A DNA stretch of 64,000 nucleotides, taken from an uncultured Alistipes sp. (GTDB taxonomy: Bacteria; Bacteroidota; Bacteroidia; Bacteroidales; Rikenellaceae). The stretch is taken from positions 31,749-95,748 of the forward strand of contig CAAGGL010000024.1 in assembly GCA_900769405.1 (NCBI GenBank), given 5' to 3'. The notes beneath the pieces were generated by a model, which did not search any database, was not told the origin of the DNA, and was given only the letters and a program-made list of their open reading frames with translations. A program made the position numbers and the translations under genes. Position 1 is the first letter of the stretch, and each line of letters begins with the position of its first letter. Below are positions 10,084 through 19,334 of the stretch, in pieces.

Positions 10084-11913
10084 ATGATTAAGAGATTGTC
10101 GTTGTGTATTGTTGCACTGTTGGCTGCGGTCGCATCGTGGGCCTCGTCGCCCGTGTCGTTTGAGGCGTCGGCTCCGTTGTTGGTTGCGGCGGGCGAGAAT
10201 TTCCGCATCGAGTTCACGGTCAATGCCGAGCCCGAGCGCAATAGTTTCGAGGCTCCGACCTTCGAGGGTTTCCAGCTTGTTGCGGGTCCCGTGACTTCGC
10301 GCGGAAGCAATATGTATATCGTCAATGGCTCGATGGAGAAGACCGAGTATCACACCTACACTTATGTCTTGCAAGGCACGGCGAAGGGTAAGTACACCAT
10401 CGGCTCGGCGGCCATTGCGGTCGAAGGCAAGAGCTATCGCACGCAACCCGTTACGATCGAGGTTGTCGATGAGGAGGGCTCTCAGCAGCCGCAGGGTGGT
10501 GCCGCAGCGTCGGGAGCTCGTTCGGCCGATAAGTCGATCGGAGCGAATGACCTGCTGATGCGCCTGACGGTCAATAAGACCGATGTATTTAAGGGAGAGC
10601 CCGTTGTGGCGGCGCTCAAACTCTATAAGCGCGTGTCATTGTTGGGTAGCGAGGGGGCTAAGTTCCCGTCGTTCAATGGTTTCTGGACTCAGGAGTTAGA
10701 CTCGGAGAATAATATGTGGCAGCGCGAAACCTACGATGGTCGCATCTACGAAACGCTGGTTGTGCGCGAGTATCTGCTCTATCCCCAGCAGACGGGTAAG
10801 TTGCGTATCGATCCTGCCGAGATGACCGTTGTGGCACAGATTGTCGTGCCGGGCAGCTCGCGCGGATTCGATCCCTTCTTCGATCAACCCGATGTGATGG
10901 AGGTGCGTCGCAAGTTGACAACTGCTCCCGTCGAGATCAATGTTAAGGAGTTGCCTGCGGGTGCTCCGTCGTCGTTCTCGGGCGCTGTGGGTCGATTCAC
11001 GATGGAGGCAACGCCCCCCGCATCGAACTTTACGGCTAACTCGGCTGCAACCTATACGGTGAAAATTTCGGGTACGGGTAACCTGCCGTTTGTTCAGGCG
11101 CCGACCTTGTCACTGCCTTCGTCGTTTGAGTTGTACGATGTCAAGACTACCGAGAGTTTGAAGAATTCGTTGCAGGGCATTAGCGGTTATCGCCAATTCG
11201 AGTACCCATTCATTGCGCGTGCCGAGGGTGAGTACGATATTCCTGCGGTGGAGTTCTCGTATTTCGATCCTGCGCAGCTGAAATATGTGACGCTGTCGTC
11301 GCGCGAGTTGGCACTGACGATCGACCCCGATGCGTCGGGTGGTCTGTCGGGTGCACCCGTGATTGGCGGCGTGTCGAAGGAGGAGGTCAAACTGCTCGGT
11401 CAGGATATCCGCTTCATTAAACTCGGCTCGGCGGGTCTGCGTCCCGTGCGTTCGGTCTTTGTCGGCTCGGCGGGTTATTGGAGTTGTCTGGCTCTGCTTT
11501 TGGCTCTGTTTGCGGGCGCGTCAATCTACCTGCGTAAGCGAATCAAGGAGATGCAGAACGTGACGCTCATTCGTGGCAAGCGAGCTAACCGTGTGGCGTT
11601 GCAGCGTTTCCGTGCGGCGGCGAAGTATATGGATCAGAACGATCAGCACGGCTTTTACGAGGAGATGTTGCGAGCGCTGTGGGGCTATATGAGCGACAAA
11701 CTGAATATCCCCGTTGCCAATCTGACCAAGGAGAATGTTCGCGAGGAGTTGCGCAAGCGCAATATTGCGCCCGAAACGATCCAGCAATTTATCGACATTA
11801 TTATCTCGTGCGACGAGGCTCAATATTCGCCTATGGCGTCGGCTCAGATGAATGAGGTCTATGCCGAGGGTGTCAATATTATTTCGGAGCTCGAATCGAC
11901 GCTCAAAAAATAG
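10084..11913 (+). CDS. batD: BatD-family aerotolerance-associated membrane protein
   Basis: 609 aa, signal peptide, large periplasmic region, single TM helix near residue 460 (YWSCLALLLALFAGASIYL), cytoplasmic tail; architecture and sequence of BatD. Confidence 0.7.
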   Translation: MIKRLSLCIVALLAAVASWASSPVSFEASAPLLVAAGENFRIEFTVNAEPERNSFEAPTFEGFQLVAGPVTSRGSNMYIVNGSMEKTEYHTYTYVLQGTAKGKYTIGSAAIAVEGKSYRTQPVTIEVVDEEGSQQPQGGAAASGARSADKSIGANDLLMRLTVNKTDVFKGEPVVAALKLYKRVSLLGSEGAKFPSFNGFWTQELDSENNMWQRETYDGRIYETLVVREYLLYPQQTGKLRIDPAEMTVVAQIVVPGSSRGFDPFFDQPDVMEVRRKLTTAPVEINVKELPAGAPSSFSGAVGRFTMEATPPASNFTANSAATYTVKISGTGNLPFVQAPTLSLPSSFELYDVKTTESLKNSLQGISGYRQFEYPFIARAEGEYDIPAVEFSYFDPAQLKYVTLSSRELALTIDPDASGGLSGAPVIGGVSKEEVKLLGQDIRFIKLGSAGLRPVRSVFVGSAGYWSCLALLLALFAGASIYLRKRIKEMQNVTLIRGKRANRVALQRFRAAAKYMDQNDQHGFYEEMLRALWGYMSDKLNIPVANLTKENVREELRKRNIAPETIQQFIDIIISCDEAQYSPMASAQMNEVYAEGVNIISELESTLKK

Positions 11914-11925
11914 GAGGAACTGACG

Positions 11926-12735
11926 ATGAAACATAAGATATTAATGCTTTTCGCAACCCTTTCGATGACGGTTGTGGCTATGGCTCAGGAGGCTCAGACG
12001 GAGCAGGCTGACGCAGCAGAGGTTGCGGTGGTAGTCAATAACGATCAGGTTTGGGACGAGGCCAATACGGCATACATCAACGCCAACTATCCGCACGCTG
12101 TCGAGCTCTACCGTTCGATCGAGGAGCAGGGTGTGGCTTCGGCCAAACTCTACTACAATATGGGTAACGCCTATTTCAAGATGGACGATATGGGTCACGC
12201 GATTCTCTACTATAATAAGGCTCTGCGCCTGGCACCGGGTGATGCGGATATTCGCTACAACCTCGATGTGGCAAACAGCTATACGAAGGATCGTATTCAG
12301 GTTGTCCCCGAATTGTTCGTGTCGCGCTGGGTGCGCACCGTGCGCCAGATGATCAGTGGTAATGCGTGGGCGGTGCTGTCGCTCGTGCTCTTTGCTGTGA
12401 TGTTGGTGGCGGTGATGGCCTATCTGCTGGTGCAGAATTTGCTCTTCCGCAAGATTGGTTTCTTCGTGGCTCTTGCTTCGATGCTGTTGTTTGTTGTGAC
12501 TACGGCATTTGCGGTTGTGGAGCGTCGCCACGCAACGTCGCCCACCGAGGCGATCGTGATGCGCGCGTCGGTGTCGGTCAAGTCGGCCCCCGAGAAGGCA
12601 GCAACCGATATGTTCGTTTTGCACGAGGGCACGAAGGTGCGTGTTGGCGAGCAGGTTGAGGATTGGATCGAGGTGACTATTGCCGATGGTAATAAGGGTT
12701 GGCTCGAAGAGCGAGCAATCGAAATGATCGACTAA
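11926..12735 (+). CDS. batE: BatE-like TPR-repeat / SH3b membrane protein
   Basis: 269 aa; signal peptide, TPR motifs (LYYNMGNAYFK...ILYYNKALRLAP), two TM helices, C-terminal SH3b-like domain (WIEVTIADGNKGWLEE); immediately downstream of batD. Confidence 0.7.
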   Translation: MKHKILMLFATLSMTVVAMAQEAQTEQADAAEVAVVVNNDQVWDEANTAYINANYPHAVELYRSIEEQGVASAKLYYNMGNAYFKMDDMGHAILYYNKALRLAPGDADIRYNLDVANSYTKDRIQVVPELFVSRWVRTVRQMISGNAWAVLSLVLFAVMLVAVMAYLLVQNLLFRKIGFFVALASMLLFVVTTAFAVVERRHATSPTEAIVMRASVSVKSAPEKAATDMFVLHEGTKVRVGEQVEDWIEVTIADGNKGWLEERAIEMID

Positions 12736-12748
12736 AACGCCGCAAGCT

Positions 12749-13348
12749 ATGTCAAGACTTTTGGAAGATGTAACGGCCGAGTTGTCGAAATTGCCGGGTA
12801 TCGGTCGCCGCACGGCGCTGCGTTTGGCGATGCACCTGCTGCGTATGGAGGTGGCGAGCGTTCAGGATATGACGTCGAGTATCGATCGCTTCCGCACGCA
12901 AATTCGCCACTGCCGCCTATGTAACAACCTGTCGGATACCGATGTCTGTCCGATCTGCTCGGACGAGCGACGCGACCACTCGACGGTCTGCGTTGTGGAA
13001 CAGGTGTCGGACGTGTTGTCGATTGAGAACACTCGCCAATATCGCGGTATTTATCACGTGCTGGGTGGTGTGATCTCGCCGATGCAGGGCATCGCACCGT
13101 CGGATTTGAAGATCGACCTGCTGCTCGATAACGTGGCGCGTGGTGAGATCCGCGAGGTGATCCTTGCACTCAATACCTCGGTCGAGGGCGAAACGACTCT
13201 GTTCTATATTCTGAATCGCCTGCGCGCCTATCCGTCGGTGAAGGTTACGACCATTGCACGCGGTTTGGGCTTTGGCGATGAGTTGGAGTATGTCGATGAG
13301 ATGACGATCACTCAGGCACTGATCAATCGCCGCGAGGTGGAGCGATAG
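12749..13348 (+). CDS. recR: recombination protein RecR
   Basis: 199 aa; HhH, C4 zinc finger [16 protein letters not shown], Toprim domain. Confidence 0.92.
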   Translation: MSRLLEDVTAELSKLPGIGRRTALRLAMHLLRMEVASVQDMTSSIDRFRTQIRHCRLCNNLSDTDVCPICSDERRDHSTVCVVEQVSDVLSIENTRQYRGIYHVLGGVISPMQGIAPSDLKIDLLLDNVARGEIREVILALNTSVEGETTLFYILNRLRAYPSVKVTTIARGLGFGDELEYVDEMTITQALINRREVER

Positions 13349-13485
13349 CCGAACACGCGAGTCAAACGAAATGTCGAGGGCTGTATCCGCAAGGGTATGG
13401 CCCTCGTTGTGTGATGGAGCGGCCCGTGTTCTGCGGCACTGTTTTTGTGCGAGAGAGCGAGAATCAATTAAAAATATCGTTTGCT

Positions 13486-13650
13486 ATGAAGAAGTATCAA
13501 TGTCCGCCCTGTCTTTACATCTATGATCCTGCGGTCGGTGATCCCGATAACGGAATCCCTGCCGGCACACCATTCGAGGAGTTGCCCGACGATTGGGTTT
13601 GCCCGCTTTGTGGCGAGGAGAAGTCGGCCTTCGTGCCGCTCGATGAGTAG
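13486..13650 (+). CDS. rubredoxin
   Basis: 54 aa from MKKYQCPPC; two CxxC knuckles (CPPC ... CPLC) with conserved YIYDP / DDWVCP motifs. Confidence 0.85.
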   Translation: MKKYQCPPCLYIYDPAVGDPDNGIPAGTPFEELPDDWVCPLCGEEKSAFVPLDE

Positions 13651-13711
13651 AACCATACCTTAGAAAGTTCGTCGTATGACAATCCAATCGTTGCTCTGTA
13701 ATCTGTTGCTT

Positions 13712-14338
13712 ATGTCAGCACCAACCGCTACTGCGGACTCGACTTCGCTATTTCGTCTTCCCGATCTGCCGTATGAGATGTCGGCGCTTGCTCCAAATAT
13801 GAGCGAGGAGACCCTGCGCTACCACTACGGCAAGCACCATCAGACCTATATAAATAATGTCAATCGTATGATCGAGGGTACCCGCTTTGCACCGATGTCA
13901 TTGGAGGAGATTGTTCGTCAGTCCGATGGACCGCTCTATAACAATGCAGCACAAGTGCTCAATCATAACCTCTATTTCCTTGCATTTGCACCTGCGGCTG
14001 TTGCCAAGCACGCGCCGAGTGGGGCTTTGGCCTCGGCAATCAAGCGCGACTTCGGCTCGTTCGAGGCGATGAAGGTGCAGATGGCGAAGGCTGCCAATTC
14101 GCTCTTTGGGTCGGGATGGGTTTGGCTGGCCGAGAACAAAAATGGCAACCTCGTGATTCTTTCGGAGTCGAATGCGGGCAACCCACTGCGCCACGGATTG
14201 ACGCCCCTGCTCGGTATCGACGTTTGGGAGCACGCCTACTATGTCGACTACCGCAATGACCGCGCCCGCTCGATCAGTCAACTTTGGGATATTATTGATT
14301 GGCAAGTAGTTGAGGATCGTTATGGCAAACATCGATAA
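13712..14338 (+). CDS. sodB: Fe/Mn-type superoxide dismutase
   Basis: LPDLPY...YHYGKHH...DVWEHAYY metal-ligand motifs; start ambiguous (13676 or 13712). Confidence 0.85.
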   Translation: MSAPTATADSTSLFRLPDLPYEMSALAPNMSEETLRYHYGKHHQTYINNVNRMIEGTRFAPMSLEEIVRQSDGPLYNNAAQVLNHNLYFLAFAPAAVAKHAPSGALASAIKRDFGSFEAMKVQMAKAANSLFGSGWVWLAENKNGNLVILSESNAGNPLRHGLTPLLGIDVWEHAYYVDYRNDRARSISQLWDIIDWQVVEDRYGKHR

Positions 14339-14357
14339 TCCGCACCCGCCTAAAACG

Positions 14358-14395
14358 ACAAAACCGAACTCCACATCGTGGAATTCGGTTTTGTT
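14358..14395. terminator. bidirectional rho-independent terminator
   Basis: AAAACCGAACTCCAC-atc-GTGGAATTCGGTTTT (one mismatch) between sodB and korB. Confidence 0.75.
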
Positions 14396-14416
14396 CCGTT
14401 TATAAAGAGTGTCGAA

Positions 14417-15448
14417 CTACTTGATCTCCCAAGTTGCACCGCTACGCAGCAGATCGTCCATACACTTGATCTTGCTGTCAGCCTTCACCTGCTCAACCTG
14501 CTCGGCAACCTTCTTGTCATAAACAGCGTCGTCCTCTACCGAACGAATCACACCCAGAGCAACGGGATACTCGGGATACTTCATCGCTGCCAACATAACG
14601 TGCAGAGTGGTATCCTTCTCGTGAGCGTCGTGAGTCAGGATGTCGTCCTCGGTCACGCCATTCTCACCAAGAGTTACGACCTTCAACTTCATGCCGTCGA
14701 GCATCAGACCCTTGTTCTTCTGCGAACCGAACAGCATCTTCTCGCCGTGCTTCAAGACGATGGTATTCTCGGCACGAGTAGCCTTGTCGCCTGCAAACAG
14801 AGCGTGAGTCTTATCGTTGAAGATCACGCAGTTCTGCAATACCTCTACGATCGAGAAACCTTCGTGAGCTGCACCCTCTACGAGGCAGTTCTTGGTCAAC
14901 TCCATCTCAGCATCAACCGAACGAGCGAAGAAAGTACCCTTAGCACCGATTACCAACTCGCCGGGGTTGAACGGCTTCTCAACCGTACCGTAGGGCGAGG
15001 TCTTGGTGATCTTACCCAGCTTCGAGGTGGGCGAGTACTGACCCTTAGTCAGACCGTAGATCTCGTTGTTGAACAGAACAACATTGAGGTTTACGTTACG
15101 ACGGATAGCGTGAATGAAGTGGTTACCACCGATTGCGAGCGAGTCGCCGTCACCGGTAGCTACCCAAACGCTCAGGTCGGGGTTAGCGGTCTTAACACCG
15201 GTTGCGATAGCGTTAGCACGACCGTGAATGGTGTGCATACCGTAGCTACGTACGTAGTAGGGGAAACGCGACGAGCAACCGATACCCGAGATTACGGTGA
15301 ACATCTGGTGGGGAATGTTCTGCTTTTCGGCTACTTCGGGCAGTGCTTTCAGCACCGAGTTGAGGATAGCGTGGTCACCGCAACCGGCACACCATTTTAC
15401 CTCCTGGTCGCTCTTGAAATCTGCCGCAGTATATTTATATGTACACAT
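14417..15448 (-). CDS. korB: 2-oxoacid:ferredoxin oxidoreductase beta subunit (TPP-binding, KorB-like)
   Basis: 343 aa; CxxC near N-terminus, GDG TPP-binding motif (VATGDGDSLAIGGNH). Confidence 0.85.
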   Translation of the reverse strand: MCTYKYTAADFKSDQEVKWCAGCGDHAILNSVLKALPEVAEKQNIPHQMFTVISGIGCSSRFPYYVRSYGMHTIHGRANAIATGVKTANPDLSVWVATGDGDSLAIGGNHFIHAIRRNVNLNVVLFNNEIYGLTKGQYSPTSKLGKITKTSPYGTVEKPFNPGELVIGAKGTFFARSVDAEMELTKNCLVEGAAHEGFSIVEVLQNCVIFNDKTHALFAGDKATRAENTIVLKHGEKMLFGSQKNKGLMLDGMKLKVVTLGENGVTEDDILTHDAHEKDTTLHVMLAAMKYPEYPVALGVIRSVEDDAVYDKKVAEQVEQVKADSKIKCMDDLLRSGATWEIK

Positions 15449-15450
15449 AA

Positions 15451-17307
15451 CTATTTGGCTAATAATTCGTTAAACTTATCTTTCAACTCAACCACGGTGA
15501 AGGGCTGACCCTCGCACTTGTTGAACTGCTCGAAGTTGAACTCCTGGAAGTTCTGGCGCAGATAACCTGCGAACTGACCTGCGTTCAACTCGCAAACAAC
15601 CAGACGGCGGTAGCGCTTCAAAACGTCGCGTACGTTAGCGGGCAGCGGGTTGATATAATTGAAGTGGCAGAGTGCGATGCTCTTACCCTCAGCCTGCAAC
15701 TCCTCGACAGCAGTCTGCAAGTGACCGAGAGTACCGCCCCAACCGATTACCAATACGTCAGCCTCGTCAGCACCCATAACGGTCTGCTCGGGGATCACGT
15801 TCACAACGCGTGCAACCTTCTCGGCACGGGTGTTGGTCATAATCTGGTGGTTAGCGGGGTCGTGCGATACGCTACCCTTGATCTTATCCTTCTCCAAGCC
15901 ACCGATGCGGTGCTCCAAGCCCTCGGTACCGGGGAATGCCCAGCGGCGAGCCAGAGTCTCGGGGTTACGCTTGTAGGGCAGATACTGAGCCTCGTCCTCG
16001 TCCAATGCGGTGCATACGGGAGGAACGATAGCGGGATAGTCGCTCATCGAGGGGATACGCCAGGGTTGACTACCGTTAGCGATGAAACCGTCGGTCAACA
16101 GAATAACGGGAGTCATATGCTCCATTGCGATCTTACCTGCCTGGAATGCATAGTGGAAGCAGTCGCTGGGGGTACTTGCTGCGATAACGACAACGGGGCA
16201 CTCACCATTACGGCCGTAGAGAGCCTGAACCAGGTCACTCTGCTCGGTCTTGGTCGGCAGACCGGTCGAAGGACCACCGCGCTGAACGTCAACAACTACC
16301 AGAGGCAGCTCAGCCATTACAGCCAGACCCAGAGCCTCGCTCTTCAACGACAGACCGGGACCCGAGGTAGTGGTAACTGCGAAGTTGCCGGCGAAAGCTG
16401 CACCGATCGAGGTACAGATACCTGCGATCTCGTCCTCTGCCTGAACAGTCTTAGCGCCGAGCGACTTGTGCTTAGCCAGCTCTTCGAGGATAACGGTTGC
16501 GGGGGTGATGGGGTACGAACCGCAGAACAGCGGACGACCACTCTTCTCCGAAGCAGCCAACAGACCCCAAGCGGTTGCAACGTTACCGCTGATCGAGCGA
16601 TAAACGCCCTTTTCCAGCGGCGAGGGAGCTACGTCGTAGGTATTAGCGAATGCGTGAGTATTAGCAGCATAGTTGTAACCTGCGTCCATTGCGAGTTTGT
16701 TAGCCTCGGCAACAGCGGGGTTCTTTTTGAGGAACTTGCTGTCGATGTATTTCTTAGCGTGGTCGAAGGGACGGTTGTAGATGTAGAAGCAGATACCGAG
16801 TGCAAACATATTCTTACACTTCACGACGCTCTTGTTATCCAAACCGGTTTCAGCCAGCGCCTCTTTGGTCATCGAGGTGATGTTGGGAACTACTACATTG
16901 TGGTTCTCCAAACCGAGCTCCTTAATGGGGTCGAGGGTTGCGAAACCTGCCTTCTGTACCGACTTCTCGGTCAGTGTGTCGCCGTCGATAATCACGGTAG
17001 CATCGGGTTTCAACCACTTTGCGTTAGCCTTCAAAGCTGCGGGGTTCATTGCAACGAGCACGTCGCAATAGTCGCCCGGGTTGGTTACGTTACCGCTACC
17101 GAAATGAAGCTGGAAGCCCGAAACACCTGCTACGGTGCCCTGCGGTGCGCGGATTTCGGCGGGGTAGTCGGGGAATGTCGAAATTCCGTTACCCATCAGT
17201 GCCGAGGTGTCGGAGAAGAGTGTTCCGGTGAGCTGCATACCGTCGCCCGAGTCGCCCGAGAAACGGATTACAACGTCCTTCAACTCCTTAACATTTTGTT
17301 TGTCCAT
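15451..17307 (-). CDS. korA: 2-oxoacid:ferredoxin oxidoreductase alpha subunit with fused N-terminal gamma domain (KorA-like)
   Basis: 618 aa; N-terminal gamma-like domain followed by POR alpha domain; 2-nt spacing to korB. Confidence 0.85.
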   Translation of the reverse strand: MDKQNVKELKDVVIRFSGDSGDGMQLTGTLFSDTSALMGNGISTFPDYPAEIRAPQGTVAGVSGFQLHFGSGNVTNPGDYCDVLVAMNPAALKANAKWLKPDATVIIDGDTLTEKSVQKAGFATLDPIKELGLENHNVVVPNITSMTKEALAETGLDNKSVVKCKNMFALGICFYIYNRPFDHAKKYIDSKFLKKNPAVAEANKLAMDAGYNYAANTHAFANTYDVAPSPLEKGVYRSISGNVATAWGLLAASEKSGRPLFCGSYPITPATVILEELAKHKSLGAKTVQAEDEIAGICTSIGAAFAGNFAVTTTSGPGLSLKSEALGLAVMAELPLVVVDVQRGGPSTGLPTKTEQSDLVQALYGRNGECPVVVIAASTPSDCFHYAFQAGKIAMEHMTPVILLTDGFIANGSQPWRIPSMSDYPAIVPPVCTALDEDEAQYLPYKRNPETLARRWAFPGTEGLEHRIGGLEKDKIKGSVSHDPANHQIMTNTRAEKVARVVNVIPEQTVMGADEADVLVIGWGGTLGHLQTAVEELQAEGKSIALCHFNYINPLPANVRDVLKRYRRLVVCELNAGQFAGYLRQNFQEFNFEQFNKCEGQPFTVVELKDKFNELLAK

Positions 17308-17674
17308 AAGTAGTTTGTCTGTTGTAATTAACGGGAGCCGAGAGTCCCGACTCCACTAAATTATGTTACTTAGAATGAATTGTTATAATCCTTGTTTGTT
17401 TGTGCTGCTGTCGGCGGTGATCTCGCAACAAAATACACATCGCATCGCTTTTGTTGGTTGAGCAATGCCACGTGTCGGGCGAGCCATACGGCCATTCAGC
17501 ATTACAAATATACATAAAGTTTCGATACGTTGTTCTCATTTTCGTCGATTTAATTTCTCGATTTGTGATTTTTTTAACAAAAGAGTGGCGAAATCTACGT
17601 CAGAGAGTTGTAAATCGCCGAAAAATTATTATTTTTGTGTAGGACTAAGAAGATACTAAAAACCTAATAAATTT

Positions 17675-19213
17675 ATGAAACGATTTTTTGCTATTATTTC
17701 ACTTTGCGCCGTGCTGTTGTCGGCAGGTTGCAAGGAACCCGATCCTACTCCTCCGACTCCTCCCGAGCCCGAGAAGACAACCTTCCAGACATTTAAGTTG
17801 ATGAAGGCGCAGAACAGCGCACTGACCGAGGACCTGACCTTTACGGCGGGCGAGGATGGCGTGTTTAGCTGCAAGGTTCCATATTATGTCGATCGCAAGG
17901 AGTTAGTACCGACCTTTACCGTTCCTGCGGGTTGTCGCGTAGTGGCTCAGAGCAAGACGCAGATCAGTGGCAAGACGGCGGTGAATTTCAGCCAGCCGAT
18001 TATTTATAGCATTACCTCGTCTGATGGCAAGACCGTAGCCGTTACCGTTAAGTTTGATATCGGTTATAAGGGTCTTTCGGGTCTGCCCGTTGTGGTGATC
18101 AACACCGAGAACAATCAGGCAATTAAGGATAAAGACACTTGGATACCCGCCAAGATGATGATTGACGACGGTCAGGGTAATGCCCTGTTTGCCGAGGCTG
18201 AGGCCGAGGTTAAGGGTCGCGGTAACACAACGTGGAGCTACGCCAAGAAGCCCTACGCCATTAAGCTTGGCTCTAAGGCAGAGGTGCTCGGTATGCCTAA
18301 GCATAAGCGTTGGGTGCTGCTGGCAAGTTGGAACGACAAGGCGATGATGCGCACCGAGCTGACCTTCTTTATGGCGCAGCAATATACCACCTTCCGCTGG
18401 AAACAGCGTGGCGAGGCGGTTGAGTTGGTACTCAATGGCGAGCATTTGGGGCACTACTACCTCTGCGAGCAGATCAAGGTTGATGATAACCGTGTGCCCG
18501 ATGGCTATGTTCTCGAAATCGACTACCGCGCTAAGGACGCCAATGGCGACATCTTCTTCAAGAGCGACATTTCGCAGCTCAACTTCGTGCTGAAAGATCC
18601 CGAACCGGACAAGGGTAGCGACGAGTACAACTACGCGAAGAACTACATCAACAAGGCCGAGAAGGATCTCAAAGAGGGTAACGTCGAGTCGTATCGCTCG
18701 TATATGGTTATGGAGAGCTTCGTGGATTGGTATCTCAATCAGGAGTTCTCGATGAATATGGACGCCTGCTTCTTCCTGAGTGTCTATATGAATATTGGCG
18801 AGGATGGCAAACTCTATATGGGTCCGCTGTGGGACTTCGATATCGCGTTTGGTAACGACGTCTTCCCCGAGGGCGAGGATAACCATATTCCCGAAGGTTT
18901 CTATATCTATAATGCCGACCGTTCGAATCTTTGGATGAAGGTTTTGCGCAACGATCCTCTGTTTATCGAGATCTTGAAGGAGCGCTATGCAGCGATGCGT
19001 GCCGACAAGGATAATATTCTGGCACATATCGACGAGGTTGCTGCGGCACAGCGCGAATCGGCCGTGCTGAACGATATGAAGTGGAACAAACTCTGCAAGG
19101 CTGGTGCTTCGCGCGATCAGATTTTGAAGGCCTACGATGCCGAGGTTCAGTTCTTGAAGGATTGGGTTGAGGGACGTTTTGCTTGGCTCGATGAGAACAT
19201 TCCGAATCTCTAA
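17675..19213 (+). CDS. CotH kinase-family lipoprotein
   Basis: 512 aa; lipobox LLSAGC then KEPDPTPP acidic/Pro-rich linker; CotH-family conserved core incl. GPLWDFDIAFGN. Confidence 0.7.
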   Translation: MKRFFAIISLCAVLLSAGCKEPDPTPPTPPEPEKTTFQTFKLMKAQNSALTEDLTFTAGEDGVFSCKVPYYVDRKELVPTFTVPAGCRVVAQSKTQISGKTAVNFSQPIIYSITSSDGKTVAVTVKFDIGYKGLSGLPVVVINTENNQAIKDKDTWIPAKMMIDDGQGNALFAEAEAEVKGRGNTTWSYAKKPYAIKLGSKAEVLGMPKHKRWVLLASWNDKAMMRTELTFFMAQQYTTFRWKQRGEAVELVLNGEHLGHYYLCEQIKVDDNRVPDGYVLEIDYRAKDANGDIFFKSDISQLNFVLKDPEPDKGSDEYNYAKNYINKAEKDLKEGNVESYRSYMVMESFVDWYLNQEFSMNMDACFFLSVYMNIGEDGKLYMGPLWDFDIAFGNDVFPEGEDNHIPEGFYIYNADRSNLWMKVLRNDPLFIEILKERYAAMRADKDNILAHIDEVAAAQRESAVLNDMKWNKLCKAGASRDQILKAYDAEVQFLKDWVEGRFAWLDENIPNL

Positions 19214-19334
19214 GTTGAAGAATAATAGGAATATTTCGACCGAAAATTTTGTCCGCGACGAAAAAGTTTCTAACTTTGTAAGTTGATAGTGCAAACATAA
19301 TTGTGGCATAATACTATAACGTAAACAAAATAAA

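Noticed and set aside
12749-13348. Mobile element boundaries (integrase, transposase, tRNA attachment sites) around the AT-rich islands
   Set aside because: No integrase/transposase-like ORFs and no tRNA genes or obvious direct-repeat att sites flank any of the five islands; they appear to be simple insertions or ancient acquisitions.
13349-13485. Possible terminator hairpin CGAGGGC...GCCCTCG after recR and ORF extension upstream of rubredoxin (MMERPVFC...)
   Set aside because: The hairpin lacks a T-tract and the upstream extension of rubredoxin is not conserved-looking; rubredoxin start placed at MKKYQC.
17308-17674. 370-nt korA-cotH divergent intergenic region as ncRNA/riboswitch
   Set aside because: Only a short CGGGA...TCCCG stem seen and no recognisable riboswitch consensus; most simply two divergent promoters.
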